This document shows, piece by piece, positions 15,374 through 29,221 of a stretch of 64,000 nt of DNA. The stretch covers positions 1-64,000 of the forward strand of contig CAXHJY010001150.1 in assembly GCA_964016885.1 (NCBI GenBank), in the 5' to 3' direction. The first letter of the stretch is position 1. Every line of letters starts with the position of its first letter. The notes under the pieces are model-generated. The model had not been told where the DNA came from. It was given only the letters and a program-made list of their open reading frames with translations, and searched no databases. This DNA comes from Eledone cirrhosa. Its lineage: Eukaryota. The position numbers were made by a program, and so were the translations under genes.

Positions 15374-15566
15374 CGAAGGAAATGTGGTAAGGAACCAGGT
15401 GGACCATAACGCACCAAAGTACTCAATACTTAGGGTAGTAGAGTGGGTAATAGGAACCAGTAAGACCCCAACGGCTGAGCTCAAGCCGTTTCGACGGCTA
15501 ATTCTGGACTAAAGAATTAGCCGTCGAAACGGCTTGAGCTCAGCCGTCGGGGTCTTACTGGTTCCC

Positions 15567-15597
<31 letters not shown>

Positions 15598-16370
15598 AAC
15601 GGGATCTTCTGAAACTAACAAAGTCAATCTGTAAACGCAGAAGTGGATATTTCAAAAAACGTTGCAACCGGAGGAAGACAGGAAGACGATACTTTGGTTC
15701 GTGGAAACGTTCGCTATGCAAATAAGTAAGTATATATATTAATCCTAAACGGACGGTAGTCCGTTTAGTAATATTGTTGTGGTCGCGTTTTCGTTGGCAA
15801 TCGTCTGTTTACGACAGTACAGCGCGACTCTACTTTATTTAACTGAGATAAAACTTATATGAGCATGAACAGTAGATCATTACGCATCTTTTGGCTTAAA
15901 AATCTAGAAATCGGGAAAAAGTTTATAATCAAAGTTTGCTGATAAATCTTGTGTTCAAGTGAGTGAGTAGTAAGCGTGACGCTAGGGGAGGTAATCCAGA
16001 TTGACGACGTTTGGAAAAGTTTAATTACTGCATGAAAGAAATGATTCAAAAATTGAACTTGCCCAATCTTCACAACATTGAAAATTGGTCAAAATTTGAC
16101 AAATCTGACTTCAAACTAGATATGATTCATTTGAACAATGTTGGAAATCTTAAATTGACACAAATTTTTGCCAATGTTTTTGCCACCTGATCCTTGTTCT
16201 ATGGCTGACTGACTAATTTTGTGACTTAATAAAATGTCATCATACTAGTAATGCACAATGGTCATTTTTAAATTTAAATTTTATTAAATAGTTGTTGCTT
16301 GCATTGCCTTAAAATAGTAACAAGAATGTACACATACTTTTTAAAAATACATCATTATCAGTCAAATCAG

Positions 16371-16730
16371 TCAAATGTCACTAACAGCCAGGTGGTCGAT
16401 AACAACTTCTATAAGATTAGTTACATGCTCACACATTGGATCACCTCTCATCAATGGCATTGGGTGTCTGAGATAATCGTGGAGATAACTGATGAAGTCA
16501 CAAATGAAGTGATGGTCTTCCAGTGTGAACAACTCCCTATATCCATTGATATATGTGATGGCTTCCGATTCATAGGTGCATTGTATGAGGAATTCCATGC
16601 ATCCGATTTTCAGTGATTCAATGGGCATTTTATCAGAGATGATAAGGTATTTGACCACGTTTTGCTTTGTAAGTAAATTGGAGAGAATCACTGCAGTCAA
16701 AGTTATTTCTTTGCATGGGTTTTTGTCCAT
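16371..16730 (-). CDS. Orphan 119-aa ORF or possible terminal exon, function unknown
   Basis: Non-repetitive, protein-like composition; TTTTTAG acceptor just before the ATG; AATAAA downstream; no recognisable domain. Confidence 0.3.
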   Translation of the reverse strand: MDKNPCKEITLTAVILSNLLTKQNVVKYLIISDKMPIESLKIGCMEFLIQCTYESEAITYINGYRELFTLEDHHFICDFISYLHDYLRHPMPLMRGDPMCEHVTNLIEVVIDHLAVSDI

Positions 16731-17003
16731 TCTAAAAAGTTAAAATGATAAAGTATTACTACTATATAACTTACATCTATTGTTGTAACACCATTGAAAT
16801 GCACAAGTTTCACCAATTCACTATTATGCACTAATCATCTCAAATGCATTCATGATTTACTAGCTTTGTCATTAAGCCAGTTGCCTCAACTGGATTGCAA
16901 TTATACTCAAAAGAACTTTAAAATGTCAATCACTTGTCAGTAATTCACTATGATCATTTAATTATTAGATAGTTGTTGCTTGCATTGCCTTAAAAAATAG
17001 TAG

Positions 17004-18092
17004 ACCAGATAGAAAAATGCGTACAGCAAAAAAAAGTAATATTGTTGGAATATAAACCTTTACAAATACAGGACAAGAAACTAAAATAAAACTTTAAAAG
17101 AATAGGACAAGAAACTAAGATAAAACTTTAAAAGAATAGGACAAGAAACTAAGATAAAACTTTAAAGAATTGGACAAGAAATAAAATATTTTACAATAAT
17201 ATTAGTGGCAACATTTTTTTATTCGTTTCCTGTGCTATGCCCCAGTATCTTCTTGATTAGTGCATAATAATTGTCATGCTCTCATTGTGCGTTGCCCCTG
17301 AGCGGTTGGTTCTGGTTGGGGTTGGTTGGCTGAGCAGTTCTGCTCCGTCAGAATGACCATTGCAAGAAGAATTGGCCGATGCAGCTGCAGGTCTCCTCCA
17401 AGAATGCACTTCTGGTCCCGCAACACCAGACGAAGATGGAGAAGACGACCGGGACAAGATGTCGACTCTGACCACCGACTACGGCACCTTCCTCAACCAC
17501 CGGTCCTCCCTCCCTCTGTCCCGTCATCCCTCCAGTCCTCCTGCTCCCCCTTCCTGTACCAGAAGCTGTGGCACGCATTCATCTGGACTGTCGGACTTGA
17601 ACTCAAGGACAAGATGCAAGGAGAAGATGGACGGGTTGATCAAGATCAAGGATGAGCGGGACGACAAGACCGTCCGCTGCTGCTCAAGATCTGTGCTCAT
17701 GGGCCCATGGGTTCATTCACATTATGCATGACACATGAGGCGTGTCGCCGAATGATGAAATAGGGGTATGGTTATGGCCCAATTGGTGTTCAAACCAGGA
17801 TCAAATGATCCCCCGGTCTGACGACGACCTCTGAATGTGGAACCCAGAGCCTATGAATGTGGAACTCGATTTTTTACCAATAAAAATTTTGCCACTAATA
17901 TTATTGTAAAATTTTTTATTTCTTGTCCAATTCTTTAAAGTTTTATCTTAGTTTCTTGTCCTATTATTTTAAAGTTTTATCTTAGTTTCTTGTCCTATTC
18001 TTTTAAAGTTTTATTTTAGTTTCTTGTCCTGTATTTTTAAAGGTTCATATTCCAACAATATTACTTTTTTTGCTGTACGCATTTTTCTATCT

Positions 18093-18095
<3 letters not shown>
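17004..18095. mobile_element. Non-autonomous DNA transposon with about 215-bp TIRs containing 34-bp subrepeats
   Basis: ACCAGATAGAAAAATGCGTACAGC... mirrored by ...GCTGTACGCATTTTTCTATCTGGT; AGGACAAGAAACTAA at 17070, 17104 and 17138; GC-rich interior. Confidence 0.85.
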
Positions 18096-18153
<58 letters not shown>

Positions 18154-18180
18154 TTATAATATGAAGCATCCACGTAACTC

Positions 18181-18218
<38 letters not shown>

Positions 18219-18744
18219 AGATAAGGATAAGGCCAATGTATTATTATTATCCTCAATTATATAAGTCAACATAATCCAATGTGGTGACACATGGTGTAAG
18301 TCAGAATATTTGGGGACAAAAATATTACAGAGTATCAAATATAATTAGAGAAATTTAACCAAAGATAGGAATCAATTTAAAAACATTTAGTTTTCGAAAA
18401 ACTGTTTCGATTAAGGCAGATAAATATACAATTAGTCCATAATTAACATTAAAAATAATTGTATTATTGATGTCAACACACTGATAATATATTAATTTAT
18501 CTTTAACATCTCGTCTAGAAAAAACAAATATCAAAATTGATGTGTCAATTTATATTGACAGAAATACAGGTAAATCCACGGAATTACCTGTAGGAAAACA
18601 TTCACTGAAATAGTAATAGTAATATTGGACTAAGTTGTATTAATAGATCACTAAATATACGGTACAAATTTACCAGTAAACAATAGTAGTTCGGGAATCA
18701 GAACTAGTAATGTTTAGAAATCTGTTGTAACTAACCGGCCATAA

Positions 18745-19065
18745 GTCAGTATGGAGAGAACTTGAAGACCTCTACATATAGCTTGCGTATAAGTCGGTAT
18801 GGACAGAACATGAAGTCCTCTACATATAGCTTGCGTATAAGTCGGTATGGACAGAACATGAAGTCCTCTACATATAGCTTGCGTATAAGTCGGTATGGAC
18901 AGAACATGAAGTCTTCTATATATAGCTTACGTATAAGTCGGTATGGACAGAACATGAAGTCCTCTACATATAGCTTGTGTATACGTCGATATGGATGTAA
19001 TCTGAAGACCTCTACGTATAGCTTGCGTATAAGTCGGTAAGGAGGGAACTTGAAGACTTCTATAT
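18745..19065. repeat. 48-bp minisatellite (about 6.5 units)
   Basis: GTCGGTATGGACAGAACATGAAGTCCTCTACATATAGCTTGCGTATAA repeated. Confidence 0.95.
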
Positions 19066-19285
19066 ATAATTGCGAAGTGGTGGTAATTATGTTATGTAGG
19101 CATTGCTTCTATGTACTGTAATAAATAACTAATACTTTATATTTAATGTTTTTGTGTTTTATAATACGTATTTTATAGCCCCCCCCCCTCTCTCTCTCTA
19201 CACACACACACTTATATCTCTCTCCCTCTATATATATATATATATATATATATATTTCCAGCTTCACCTCTTCTCTCTCTCTCTC

Positions 19286-19325
<40 letters not shown>

Positions 19326-19810
19326 GAGAGAGAGAGAGGAAAGGTGAAGTTGGAAATAGCTCGGAAAATATATTTTAGGGTCTGTTTTTCTTTTTTTTTC
19401 TTTTCTTTGATTCGTCAAAGTGACATTATTGAAAAAATGAGAGGGACAACTCTTTTAAAAAAGAGTTTTGTAATGTATATAAAGTATATAAAGTATTACC
19501 GGTTTCGATGTATTAGTAAAATTCCTCTTATCAAATGTTGAGTATTACAATTAGAAACAATTAATAAAAATAAAAAAATAAAAATTGAAGACTTAAAATT
19601 AAGAGGTAAATTTTTTTCATCTCCCTTGTTGAGAAGGAGATTGGAAAATGTTATACATACGGGTATATATATATAAATCAGGATGAATTCGGTTTGAAAC
19701 TGATTACTCAACAGAGTACTCGAGACTTGGGCGGTTGAGTATGGTTATATTATAAAGAGTTGGGACCCCGGCGACTGATCTCTTTCGGTTTCAACAGCTA
19801 GTTCCAGACT

Positions 19811-19863
<53 letters not shown>

Positions 19864-19870
<7 letters not shown>

Positions 19871-20226
19871 GTAAAATTAGCACTAAGGACTCCACTTATT
19901 CATATATAGGAGCTACGTCTAACCAATTTAAAGTAAGATTTAATACCCACAAACATAGTTTTAAAAATGCCGCATTAGCTAATACAACATCCTTGGCTGA
20001 AACAATTAATAATTATAGAAAGAAGAATATCGATTACAACCTGATCTGGAGCGTGCTCAAAAGGGCCACCCCTTATCAAAATAGCAGATACGGGTGTAGG
20101 TTATGCTCCCAGGAACTTTTTGAAATCATGAAATCTAAGAATATCCTATTAAATAAGTGACAGGAATTAATTATATCTTGCAATCATAGAATTAGAAGAA
20201 CCTTCAAATATTATAAACCTAATTAA
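19864..20226 (+). pseudogene. PLE GIY-YIG endonuclease remnant (not in the ORF track)
   Basis: Hand translation: YKCKISTKDSTYSYIGATSNQFKVRFNTHKHSFKN...WSVLKRATPY..CRLCSQE..ILLNK*QELIISCNHR; one internal stop at 20158. Confidence 0.88.
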
Positions 20227-20929
20227 TATACACCTTACTCTTATATTTTACAAATTATTATAATTGTTTTTTTTAATTTAGTTAACCTATAATTAGTATT
20301 TTACTATAGAGAACTTCATAATTTTATTTCCCTCTTACAGCTCTCTTTCCTAAAATAAAATACCTATAAGTATACCTATAAATTAATTTAATTTCCTGTT
20401 ATGTATCTAGATTCCTTGTAGTTTAAATAAGATTGGTATTTCTCATTACTACTCTTATCCCAAAATTTTATTTTATTTTCCTTCATTTTTAACAACACTC
20501 TTTAATAACATCTAATTCTTATTTATCACATTCATATGAATTAATATAACTTTATCCCTATAATTATACCTATCAATTAATTTAATTTCTTGTTATAGAT
20601 CTAGATTCCTTGTGGTTTAAATAAGATTGGTATTTCTCACTAATTCCCTTACCCTAAAATTTTATTTTCCTTCGTTTTTAACAACACTCTTTAATAACAT
20701 CAAATTTTCGTGTACCCTTCACTATCTTCTTGGCTTGACATCTTTTCATCCCCAAAATATTCTTTTCATTCAAAACATAAGTCTGCACTCCTCTACCCCT
20801 AGATTAAATTTCTACTACTGCTATTCTATCAACTTGACCCCTAACTACTTTTCTATTGGTCAATTCAAAACCTGTTCCCAAACAGACCTTTTATATCAAA
20901 TCTTTGTTGTTTTTTTCAATAAACACATC

Positions 20930-21063
20930 TCATCATTTCTGAGGACGGCATGTATATGTGAAGGTATGTATACTTCCTCTGATAATTTGTAATATTTTTA
21001 CATAGATCTATATGATATACATACCAACACATATACATCCCAGAAACGATCGTAAAATGATGA
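20930..21063 (+). ncRNA. Type I hammerhead ribozyme motif with long stem II
   Basis: TCATCATTT-CTGAGGA-[ATGTATATGTG..GGTATGTATA / TATACATACC..CACATATACAT]-GAAA-CGATCG-TA-AAATGATGA; 9-bp stem I, GUA triplet. Confidence 0.85.
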
Positions 21064-21314
21064 ATTTTTTTAATATAAGGAACTTGTTCTTTGTTTTTAT
21101 TTCATTGTTTTTATTAATTTATCTTGACTCTGTTTTCCTATGATTTGTATCGAAAATTTTTGAATGCATCTTCTCTTTTCATGATATTTGGATTACATTG
21201 AGTTCTTCATACGGATTGGACACTACCGTATATTTTGGTAGATTTATCTATATATATATAGTGAAAGAATGGAGAGTAACATGGTTGGCTGTATAACAAG
21301 GGGCTTTATTTCAG

Positions 21315-21422
21315 GTATTGACAATTGTTTCATTGATCAGGTAAGTCTAGAGGGCGCTAATCGCTCGAAGTTGCGTCACTCGATCTCCATTACATTTACC
21401 TCTGACCAACTCATCAGAATAC
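21315..21422 (-). ncRNA. Type I hammerhead ribozyme motif with long stem II
   Basis: Minus strand: GTATT-CTGATGA-GTTGGTCAG...CTGATCAAT-GAAA-CAATTG-TC-AATAC; GUC triplet. Confidence 0.85.
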
Positions 21423-21842
21423 AAAAATAATTCACTCGAGGCAAGATATATAGAGAAATAGCGTATATATATATATATATATATATATATGCATTTTTTT
21501 TTAGAAGTGTGGATCATAGTGTTGGTCCTCCTGTTGATAAGCCGTCAACGGTATGCAAACTATACTTTATTTGTGGCGAAACTTGCTATACAGCATGTCC
21601 AGGTGTTATAGCTATAAACAGATGGTTTGTACATTTTAATTTATTCTTTAAATTGATATGTATTCTCCACTCCTTTCGTAGACAATATGGTTTTCACTCT
21701 GGTGGTATTCTATCCCCTATAATTGTACACATACCTCTTTGTGTATTTTCCTCTATATACTGTCTTATAAAGTGCCCGGTATCTATTCCTTGAGGTCATT
21801 AAATTATAAGGGATTAACGTGTTTTTAACTTCGCTTTTTAAT

Positions 21843-21968
<126 letters not shown>

Positions 21969-22068
21969 TAATTGGTGTTGGATGCTTAAAGCGTCCGTAT
22001 GCGGTAGGCCGTATGAGCACTCCGTGCTTTCATAGAGCAGAGTAGGAAAATCTGCTCCGTAGAATCAA

Positions 22069-22164
22069 GACGTATCTGAGGACATAGCGATTTTCAGAGT
22101 CAGCTTCGATCATCACATCGATCGTGCCTCGAGCTGGTCACCAGAGAAACGATTGTAATATGTC
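22069..22164 (+). ncRNA. Type I hammerhead ribozyme motif (family F)
   Basis: GACGTAT-CTGAGGA-...-GAAA-CGATTG-TA-ATATGTC; diverged relatives at about 29345 (+), 30290-30382 (-) and 57358-57437 (+). Confidence 0.7.
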
Positions 22165-22493
22165 CAATAAATTCCATTCGTCGCAACACTGATTCTCTTT
22201 TTTTCTGTGATATATATATATATATCAAATTGAAAAGCGAAGTTAAAAACTCACGTTAATCCCTTATATATATATATGAAGCCTATGGTGTCGAGACCAG
22301 AGAGACTACAAATCAGGGAAGTACTTTACGCATGGGAAAAAGCAGAATAGCTAGAAATGAAAGTAAAAACACGGCCGCGGTGCCTCACTGTTTCGGCCTG
22401 TATTCGGTAGCCTCTCCAATGGAGTGCACACTTGAAAAGGCTTCCCGAATACAAGTCGTGTCCGCTAGGACTCACAGTCGGGTGTTACCTTCC

Positions 22494-22556
<63 letters not shown>

Positions 22557-22916
22557 GTGTATATATATATTTATTAAAATAACTGAAGCCGAGAATCATT
22601 CGGTTTCCTAAATAGAATTTTAGTTTACGACTTCAGTTATACCAATTACGTGGTTTTGTCTTTGCGTGTAATTGTTTTCATTGCTCCACATAATGACGTA
22701 TTATCTTCGTTTTTTCCGTTCATTGCCAGAGAACCTCTCCATGAACCACCTAATAGAATATTAGTCTACGACTTCATTTATACCATAAACGTGGTTTTAC
22801 ATAAAAACAACTTTAACATTAATAATTAACAATAAACTATATATAATAAAATAACAATTGAAATCCCCAATATTTTCTCTCTGTTTGTCTGTCTCTCTGT
22901 CTCTCTCTCTCCCTCT

Positions 22917-23122
<206 letters not shown>

Positions 23123-23239
23123 CTCAGTTGAAGAAAGTCGGTTGATCAAAAATCTGCTGAATTATTCTTAAATAGATGTGAAACATATATGTGTGTGTAT
23201 ATATATATACGTATAAATAAATTTATATATATATATATA

Positions 23240-23632
23240 CAATTGATATTAAATAAATCGAAACTATATTTATAAAACCATATTTATTCTATTATATATA
23301 TTCCAAGGGTACCAAAATTTTTGGTACGCTATCATCACATAAAATACAAAATGTTTTATAAATATTTGACATGACCAAGGATAATATACCTTAACGGTTC
23401 AAGTTATCCCTGGAAAGTCTTTTATCTGATGATATTTATCAGTATTTTATCTGATACCAAAAATTTTGGTAAACTTGAAATATATATAATAGAATAAATA
23501 TGGTTTTATAAATATAGTTTCCATTTATTTAATATCAATTGAATACTTACTCCAGAAAAGTGTCGAGTGCTTTGAATCAGTTGTAAACATCTATATTTGT
23601 TGGATTTCCAACAAATTAAATATCTCTTATAC
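23240..23632 (+). mobile_element. Family C fold-back copy with decayed HHRs
   Basis: 23240-23345 inverted relative to 23443-23541; family C 3' tail. Confidence 0.75.
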
Positions 23633-23681
23633 ACATATATATATATATTTATATGTATATATATATATATATATATAAATT

Positions 23682-23712
<31 letters not shown>

Positions 23713-23861
23713 AATTTATATATATATATATATCATGCTTTATTTTTATTTTTATTTTTATTTTTAATTTCATTCGCACCGTTTCCTCCCACCCCCTTTT
23801 CGCTATATGTCTCTCCACCACTCCCCTACACACCCTTTGAACTCTCTTCCCACACACTTCT

Positions 23862-23895
23862 CACCTGAGGAAGGGCTTATGCCCGAAACGTCGTT
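23862..23895 (+). ncRNA. Decayed minimal hammerhead motif
   Basis: CAC-CTGAGGA-aGGGCttatGCCC-GAAA-CG-TC-GTT; weak stem I. Confidence 0.45.
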
Positions 23896-23983
23896 CCCCA
23901 CCACCACCCCACTCTCCAGAGCGTGAAATTAATAAACATTCGTTGTACTGCCTCTCTGTTTTGTTCCTGTTCAAATTTTCCAT

Positions 23984-24024
<41 letters not shown>

Positions 24025-24190
24025 ATATATATATATAAAACGAAGGAGTTGTGGTAAGGAACCAGATGGACCATAACGCACGAGAGTACTCAATACTTAG
24101 GGTAGTAAAGTGGGTAATAGGAAAATGTATGACCCCGACGGCCGAACTCAAGCCGTTTCGACGGCTATTTCTGGACTATATATATATATA

Positions 24191-24526
24191 TACGATATTA
24201 ATAAATGGAAACTATATTTATAAAACCATATTTATTTCATTATACATATTTCAGCGATACCACATTAAATTATGGTATGCCTTCATCAGACAAAATACAA
24301 TATATAACAGTTTTATAAAACTGTTATATATTGTATTTTGTCTGATGAAGGCATACCATAATTTAATGTGGTATCCCTGAAATATGTATAATGAAATAAA
24401 TATGGTTTTATAAATATAGTTTCCATTTATTAATATCGTATATCTACTCCAAAAATTTGTCGCGTGCTTTATATCAGTTATAAAAATATTTACTTGTTGT
24501 ATCCCAACAACTTTAAATAGAACTTT

Positions 24527-24530
<4 letters not shown>
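24191..24530 (+). mobile_element. Family C fold-back copy with HHRs on both arms
   Basis: Near-perfect palindrome 24191-24440 centred at AGTTTTATAAAACT; HHR 24334-24398 (+) and mirror image on minus strand. Confidence 0.9.
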
Positions 24531-24603
<73 letters not shown>

Positions 24604-24882
24604 AACGTGATATCGTTTAAGGTTACGTAAGCTCAGGTTACGAGTAATCTGTATCGAGGAATAATTCAGCGTGCGGTACGAGTTGACTCGACAAGATGCT
24701 TACTTAGGAGGGTAGATTCCTGAAAGTTCCGTGATTGGTACTTCTTGGATTAGTAATAACAGGTAAAAGGATGATTAACACGGATCTTCCAATAAAACAC
24801 CATTACATCCGTCTTAACCACCCATTTACCTTATATATATATATATTGTTATACTTGGGGAGAGTCATATTTGTGTAATATT

Positions 24883-25064
24883 TGTTTCTACTTTTGGCAC
24901 AAGGCCAGCAATTATCCAGTGCATTACTGGTACTTTATTTTATCGACCCCGTATGGATGAAAGGCAAAGTTAACCTCGGCGGGATTTGAACTCAAACCAT
25001 AAAGGGGCGTAACTCTTTGCTGCAAAGCATAGCGTCAGACCCTCTACCGATACTGCCAATCCAC
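24883..25064 (-). mobile_element. Near full-length Nin-domain SINE with 12-bp TSD
   Basis: A-box TGGCAGTATCGG, B-box GAGTTCAAATCC, Nin core; TTGTGTAATATT duplicated at 24871-24882 and 25065-25076; inserted in a family B-related element. Confidence 0.85.
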
Positions 25065-25178
25065 TTGTGTAATATTGCCAGAATTAATAACAGAACACAC
25101 TCACTGTTTGGTTGGTTTTCGCTTCTGTGTCTTTTATATCGGTAATCTAATTTATTCGGTCCTCAATGTTGCCATTGA

Positions 25179-25264
<86 letters not shown>

Positions 25265-25695
25265 AGGCTTAGCTCTGTTTCTCGACCGTTATATCGCGTG
25301 ACTGTCTCCCCCTCCGCCTTTTGGGATTCTTTCTCGCGTCGTGTAGACGCGTTCTTGAGACTAGTAAAATGAGGTATCCTCTTGATAAGTCGGCAGACCT
25401 CGCAAGGACTCTATATCTTTGATATATTGTTTTTGTTTATGCCACGAAACTACGTAGTCGAGGAATTTAGGAACAGTTTAGGTATGATACATTTTATTAC
25501 TAATTATATCTAAATGTTTCTTCTCTCTTCATAATGTATTTTTAACTCTGATACTGGTTCAGTCTGGTTCAAACTGAATTAGTCTGTCCCAGTCATTCAT
25601 TGAGCAACATCGGTGAAGTTGGCACCCTTAACTCACAGTTGGGTGCGGATGCATTCATGTATATATGTGTGTGTCCGCATGTATCTGTGTGTTTC

Positions 25696-25752
<57 letters not shown>

Positions 25753-26175
25753 GGAACAAATGATATTTCATTTCTCACTCTTAGTACGGCTGGTACTTAA
25801 ATGTAAGTATGTATGTATGTATACGTACATACATATATGTATACAGACGGAGAGTAGTATGTATATATATACATACATGCACACACATATATATGAACGT
25901 ATGGGTTTACCGAACATTTATTATAATGCTCGGTTTGTTTGTAAACAAACAGCCCGAATTAAGCCGTACAGTATTCGGCAACCATCGTTGCCCTTTTGTT
26001 CAACACTGACAAAGGAACGATGAACTAGTTTCTAGCTTATTAGCTGTCATCAGCACTATATACCTTCCTGTCAGTTGATTGAACGTTTGAAAGTATATAC
26101 TTTCCTTATGCATATTAACGGCTGAGCAGCCTAATTTGCATATCGAGTGAGTTAGTCGGCCGGGCGTACTGAAAA

Positions 26176-26235
<60 letters not shown>

Positions 26236-26284
26236 ATAAAATAACAGGAGGCTGGACTTGGTGTAATTCCTTGAAAGGTTTATT

Positions 26285-26342
26285 ATACTATGATCATTTC
26301 AATGACCGGGTTCAGTATGAATCTGGTGACATCATCAGGTAT
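26285..26342 (-). ncRNA. Type I hammerhead ribozyme motif
   Basis: Minus strand: ATAC-CTGATGA-stem II-GAAA-TGATCA-TA-GTAT; palindromic stem III ATGATCAT. Confidence 0.68.
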
Positions 26343-26478
26343 TCGAAATATAACAAAGGAATATAATAGACAAAATCCATGGGGCTGAAAATCAGAGATA
26401 TGAGGGCGACCGAACATTTAGCAGCTTCTACCCCGGTCGGCCGCCTTCAAGTTCTATCCAGTGGTAAACCAACAAACC

Positions 26479-26504
<26 letters not shown>

Positions 26505-26512
<8 letters not shown>

Positions 26513-26912
26513 TAAACGGAATAGAAAATGCTGACAAATTGTTCACAGTTGAAAAATGGTTTAATTAGGAATAAAAGAGTATTAGTGATTGTATGGGTTA
26601 GTATTCAGTTGTGGTTTTAAGTTTTTACCGGTTGCGCATTTCTAAATGCTTTTCAAAAATAATTTTGAGATAGAGTGTCCGTGCTGTTTGACAGCACGGA
26701 CACTCTATCTCAAAATTATTTTTGAAAAGCATTTAGAAATGCGCAACCGGTAAAAACTTAAAAACTTAAAACCACAACTGAATACTAACCCATACAATCA
26801 CTAATACTCTTTTATTCCTAATTAAACCATTTTTCAACTGTGAACAATTTGTCAGCATTTTCTATTCCGTTTACCAATATATAATAACTTGTGTGTTACA
26901 CCTCTATTCTTT

Positions 26913-26917
<5 letters not shown>
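26505..26917 (+). mobile_element. Fold-back element with about 185-bp arms
   Basis: Apex at about 26690 (CCGTGCTGTttgACAGCACGG); related fragment at 13095-13250. Confidence 0.9.
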
Positions 26918-26955
<38 letters not shown>

Positions 26956-28273
26956 CGAAGGCGATGTGGTAAGGAAGCAGATGGACCATAACGCAACAGA
27001 GTACTCAATACTTAGGGTAGTAGTGTGGGTAATAGGAGAATGTTTGACCCCGACGGCAGAGCTCAAGCCGTTTCGACGGCTATTTATGGACTAGAAATAT
27101 TTCAGTCCAGAAATAGCCGTCGAAACGGCTTGAGCTCTGCCGTCGGGGTCAAACATTTTCCTATATATATATATATATATCTATATCTATATATATGCAA
27201 AATTTCTATTTAAAATTGTTGGGATACAACAAGTAAATAGTTTTATAACTGATATAAAGCACTCGACAAATTTTTGGAGTAGATATATGATATTAATAAA
27301 TGGAAACTATATTTATAAATATATCCCAAATATAAACTGGAATCATATATGATTCCAGTTCCTCAGTGAAATAACAACCCAACCAGGAACTGGGCATATC
27401 AGAGTATTGACAATATTATACACCTCAACAACATATGTACTTGTCTATACCATACTAATTCAAACTGCCTGAAGAGGTCACAGCCAAAGATGGCTGTCAC
27501 TGAAATATATCTAGCAGTAATAAACGAAGCTAAATTTTAATCACTTGACTTTTTATTTAACTTTATTTTACACTACTCCGGAGTAACCAAACCAACCTGC
27601 GCACTTCGTCGAGTGCTCCAGCCTGCATATTGAGGTGTTGGTATACAACCAACATAAACTCAAAATCTCTCTCTCTATATATATATGGCTTCTACAGGAC
27701 TAGAACTGTTTCATTCATAAGAAACCATCAGGCTTTCCTGATGATTATTTACGAATGAAACAGTTCTAGTAGTGTAGAATCCATTTCTATATCAAATTAT
27801 GTATATACTCTGCTAATGTATTGCGTACTTCACTTAATGTGGTCACCACCGATTAAACCCGGGCCTCACACACATACACAAATGCGCGCGCGCACACACT
27901 CATATACACACACACTCACACACACACACACACAGATATATATATAAATATTTGTATGTATACTGATATGTCTTTATCGTACACTTGGACTGCTTGCGCA
28001 TTTTATTATATATATCTTAATTAATTACCAACATGAGCGGTAATTATATACAAATTAGTACGAGCATTTCAGAATGATACGAAGAGCGAAATGATATATA
28101 AGCCCATCAAATACATGTTCCCTTATGGCTGCTTGAATGATATACACTCCTTCTGATGAGGGTCCAAATAGGTCCGAATATCAATTAAATGTGTTTATCA
28201 TCTTTTTAATTTACGGGAAAATTCTTATTTTCTGGCATGTTTACATCGCTACATATTAGATATGTGCATACAT

Positions 28274-28307
<34 letters not shown>

Positions 28308-28308
<1 letters not shown>

Positions 28309-28401
28309 AACATGAGAAGAAAGAAGAATACTGCGTGGTTTGCACATGGGTTACATATGAGAAAAATAGTCCTTCGTCAGTGATTTTCCAACCATCATTG
28401 G

Positions 28402-28408
<7 letters not shown>
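28308..28408 (-). mobile_element. Family G short element
   Basis: Diverged reverse complement of 1041-1138; both contain CTGA(T/C)GAAGGAC. Confidence 0.65.
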
Positions 28409-28448
<40 letters not shown>

Positions 28449-28570
28449 TGTACCGATATAACTTCATCGTATTCTTCGGGTACTAGCACCAATGTAACAC
28501 ATACATACATACATACATACATACATACATACATACATACATACTTACAAATACATATATACAAATACAT

Positions 28571-28620
<50 letters not shown>

Positions 28621-28655
28621 ATGTATGTATGTATGTATGTATGTATGTATGTATG

Positions 28656-28698
<43 letters not shown>

Positions 28699-28898
28699 AA
28701 AAGTATGACCCCGAGAGCAGAGCTCAAGCCGTTTCGACGGCTATTTCTGGACTAAAATATTAGTCCAGAAATAGCCGTCGAAACGGCTTGAACTCTGCCG
28801 TCGGGGTCATACTTTTTCCTATTTCCCACTCTACTACCCTAAGTATTGAGTACTCTGGTGCGTTATGGTCCATCTGGTTCCTTACCACAATTCCTTTG

Positions 28899-28930
<32 letters not shown>

Positions 28931-29130
28931 CGAAGGAAATGTGGTAAGGAACCAGGTGGACCATAACGCACCAAAGTACTCAATACTTGAGGTAGTAGAG
29001 TGGGTAATAGGAACCAGTAAGACCCCGACAGCTGAGCTCAAGCCGTTTCGACGGCTAATTCTGGACTAATATTTTAGTCCAGAAATAGCCGTCGAAACGG
29101 CTTGAGCTCTGCTCTCGGGGTCATACTTTT

Positions 29131-29175
<45 letters not shown>

Positions 29176-29188
29176 CATACATACATTT

Positions 29189-29221
<33 letters not shown>

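Larger units (their letters stand above)
19864..21250 (+). mobile_element. 5'-truncated PLE: EN remnant, AT-rich 3' UTR, HHR, then (TA)n
   Basis: Collinear arrangement; internal duplication 20373-20511 / 20567-20701. Confidence 0.82.

Noticed and set aside
20158-20160. In-frame TGA in the PLE endonuclease as selenocysteine
   Set aside because: It falls at the basic-residue position of the LLN(K/N)R motif rather than at a Cys, so a CGA or AGA to TGA mutation is the simpler explanation
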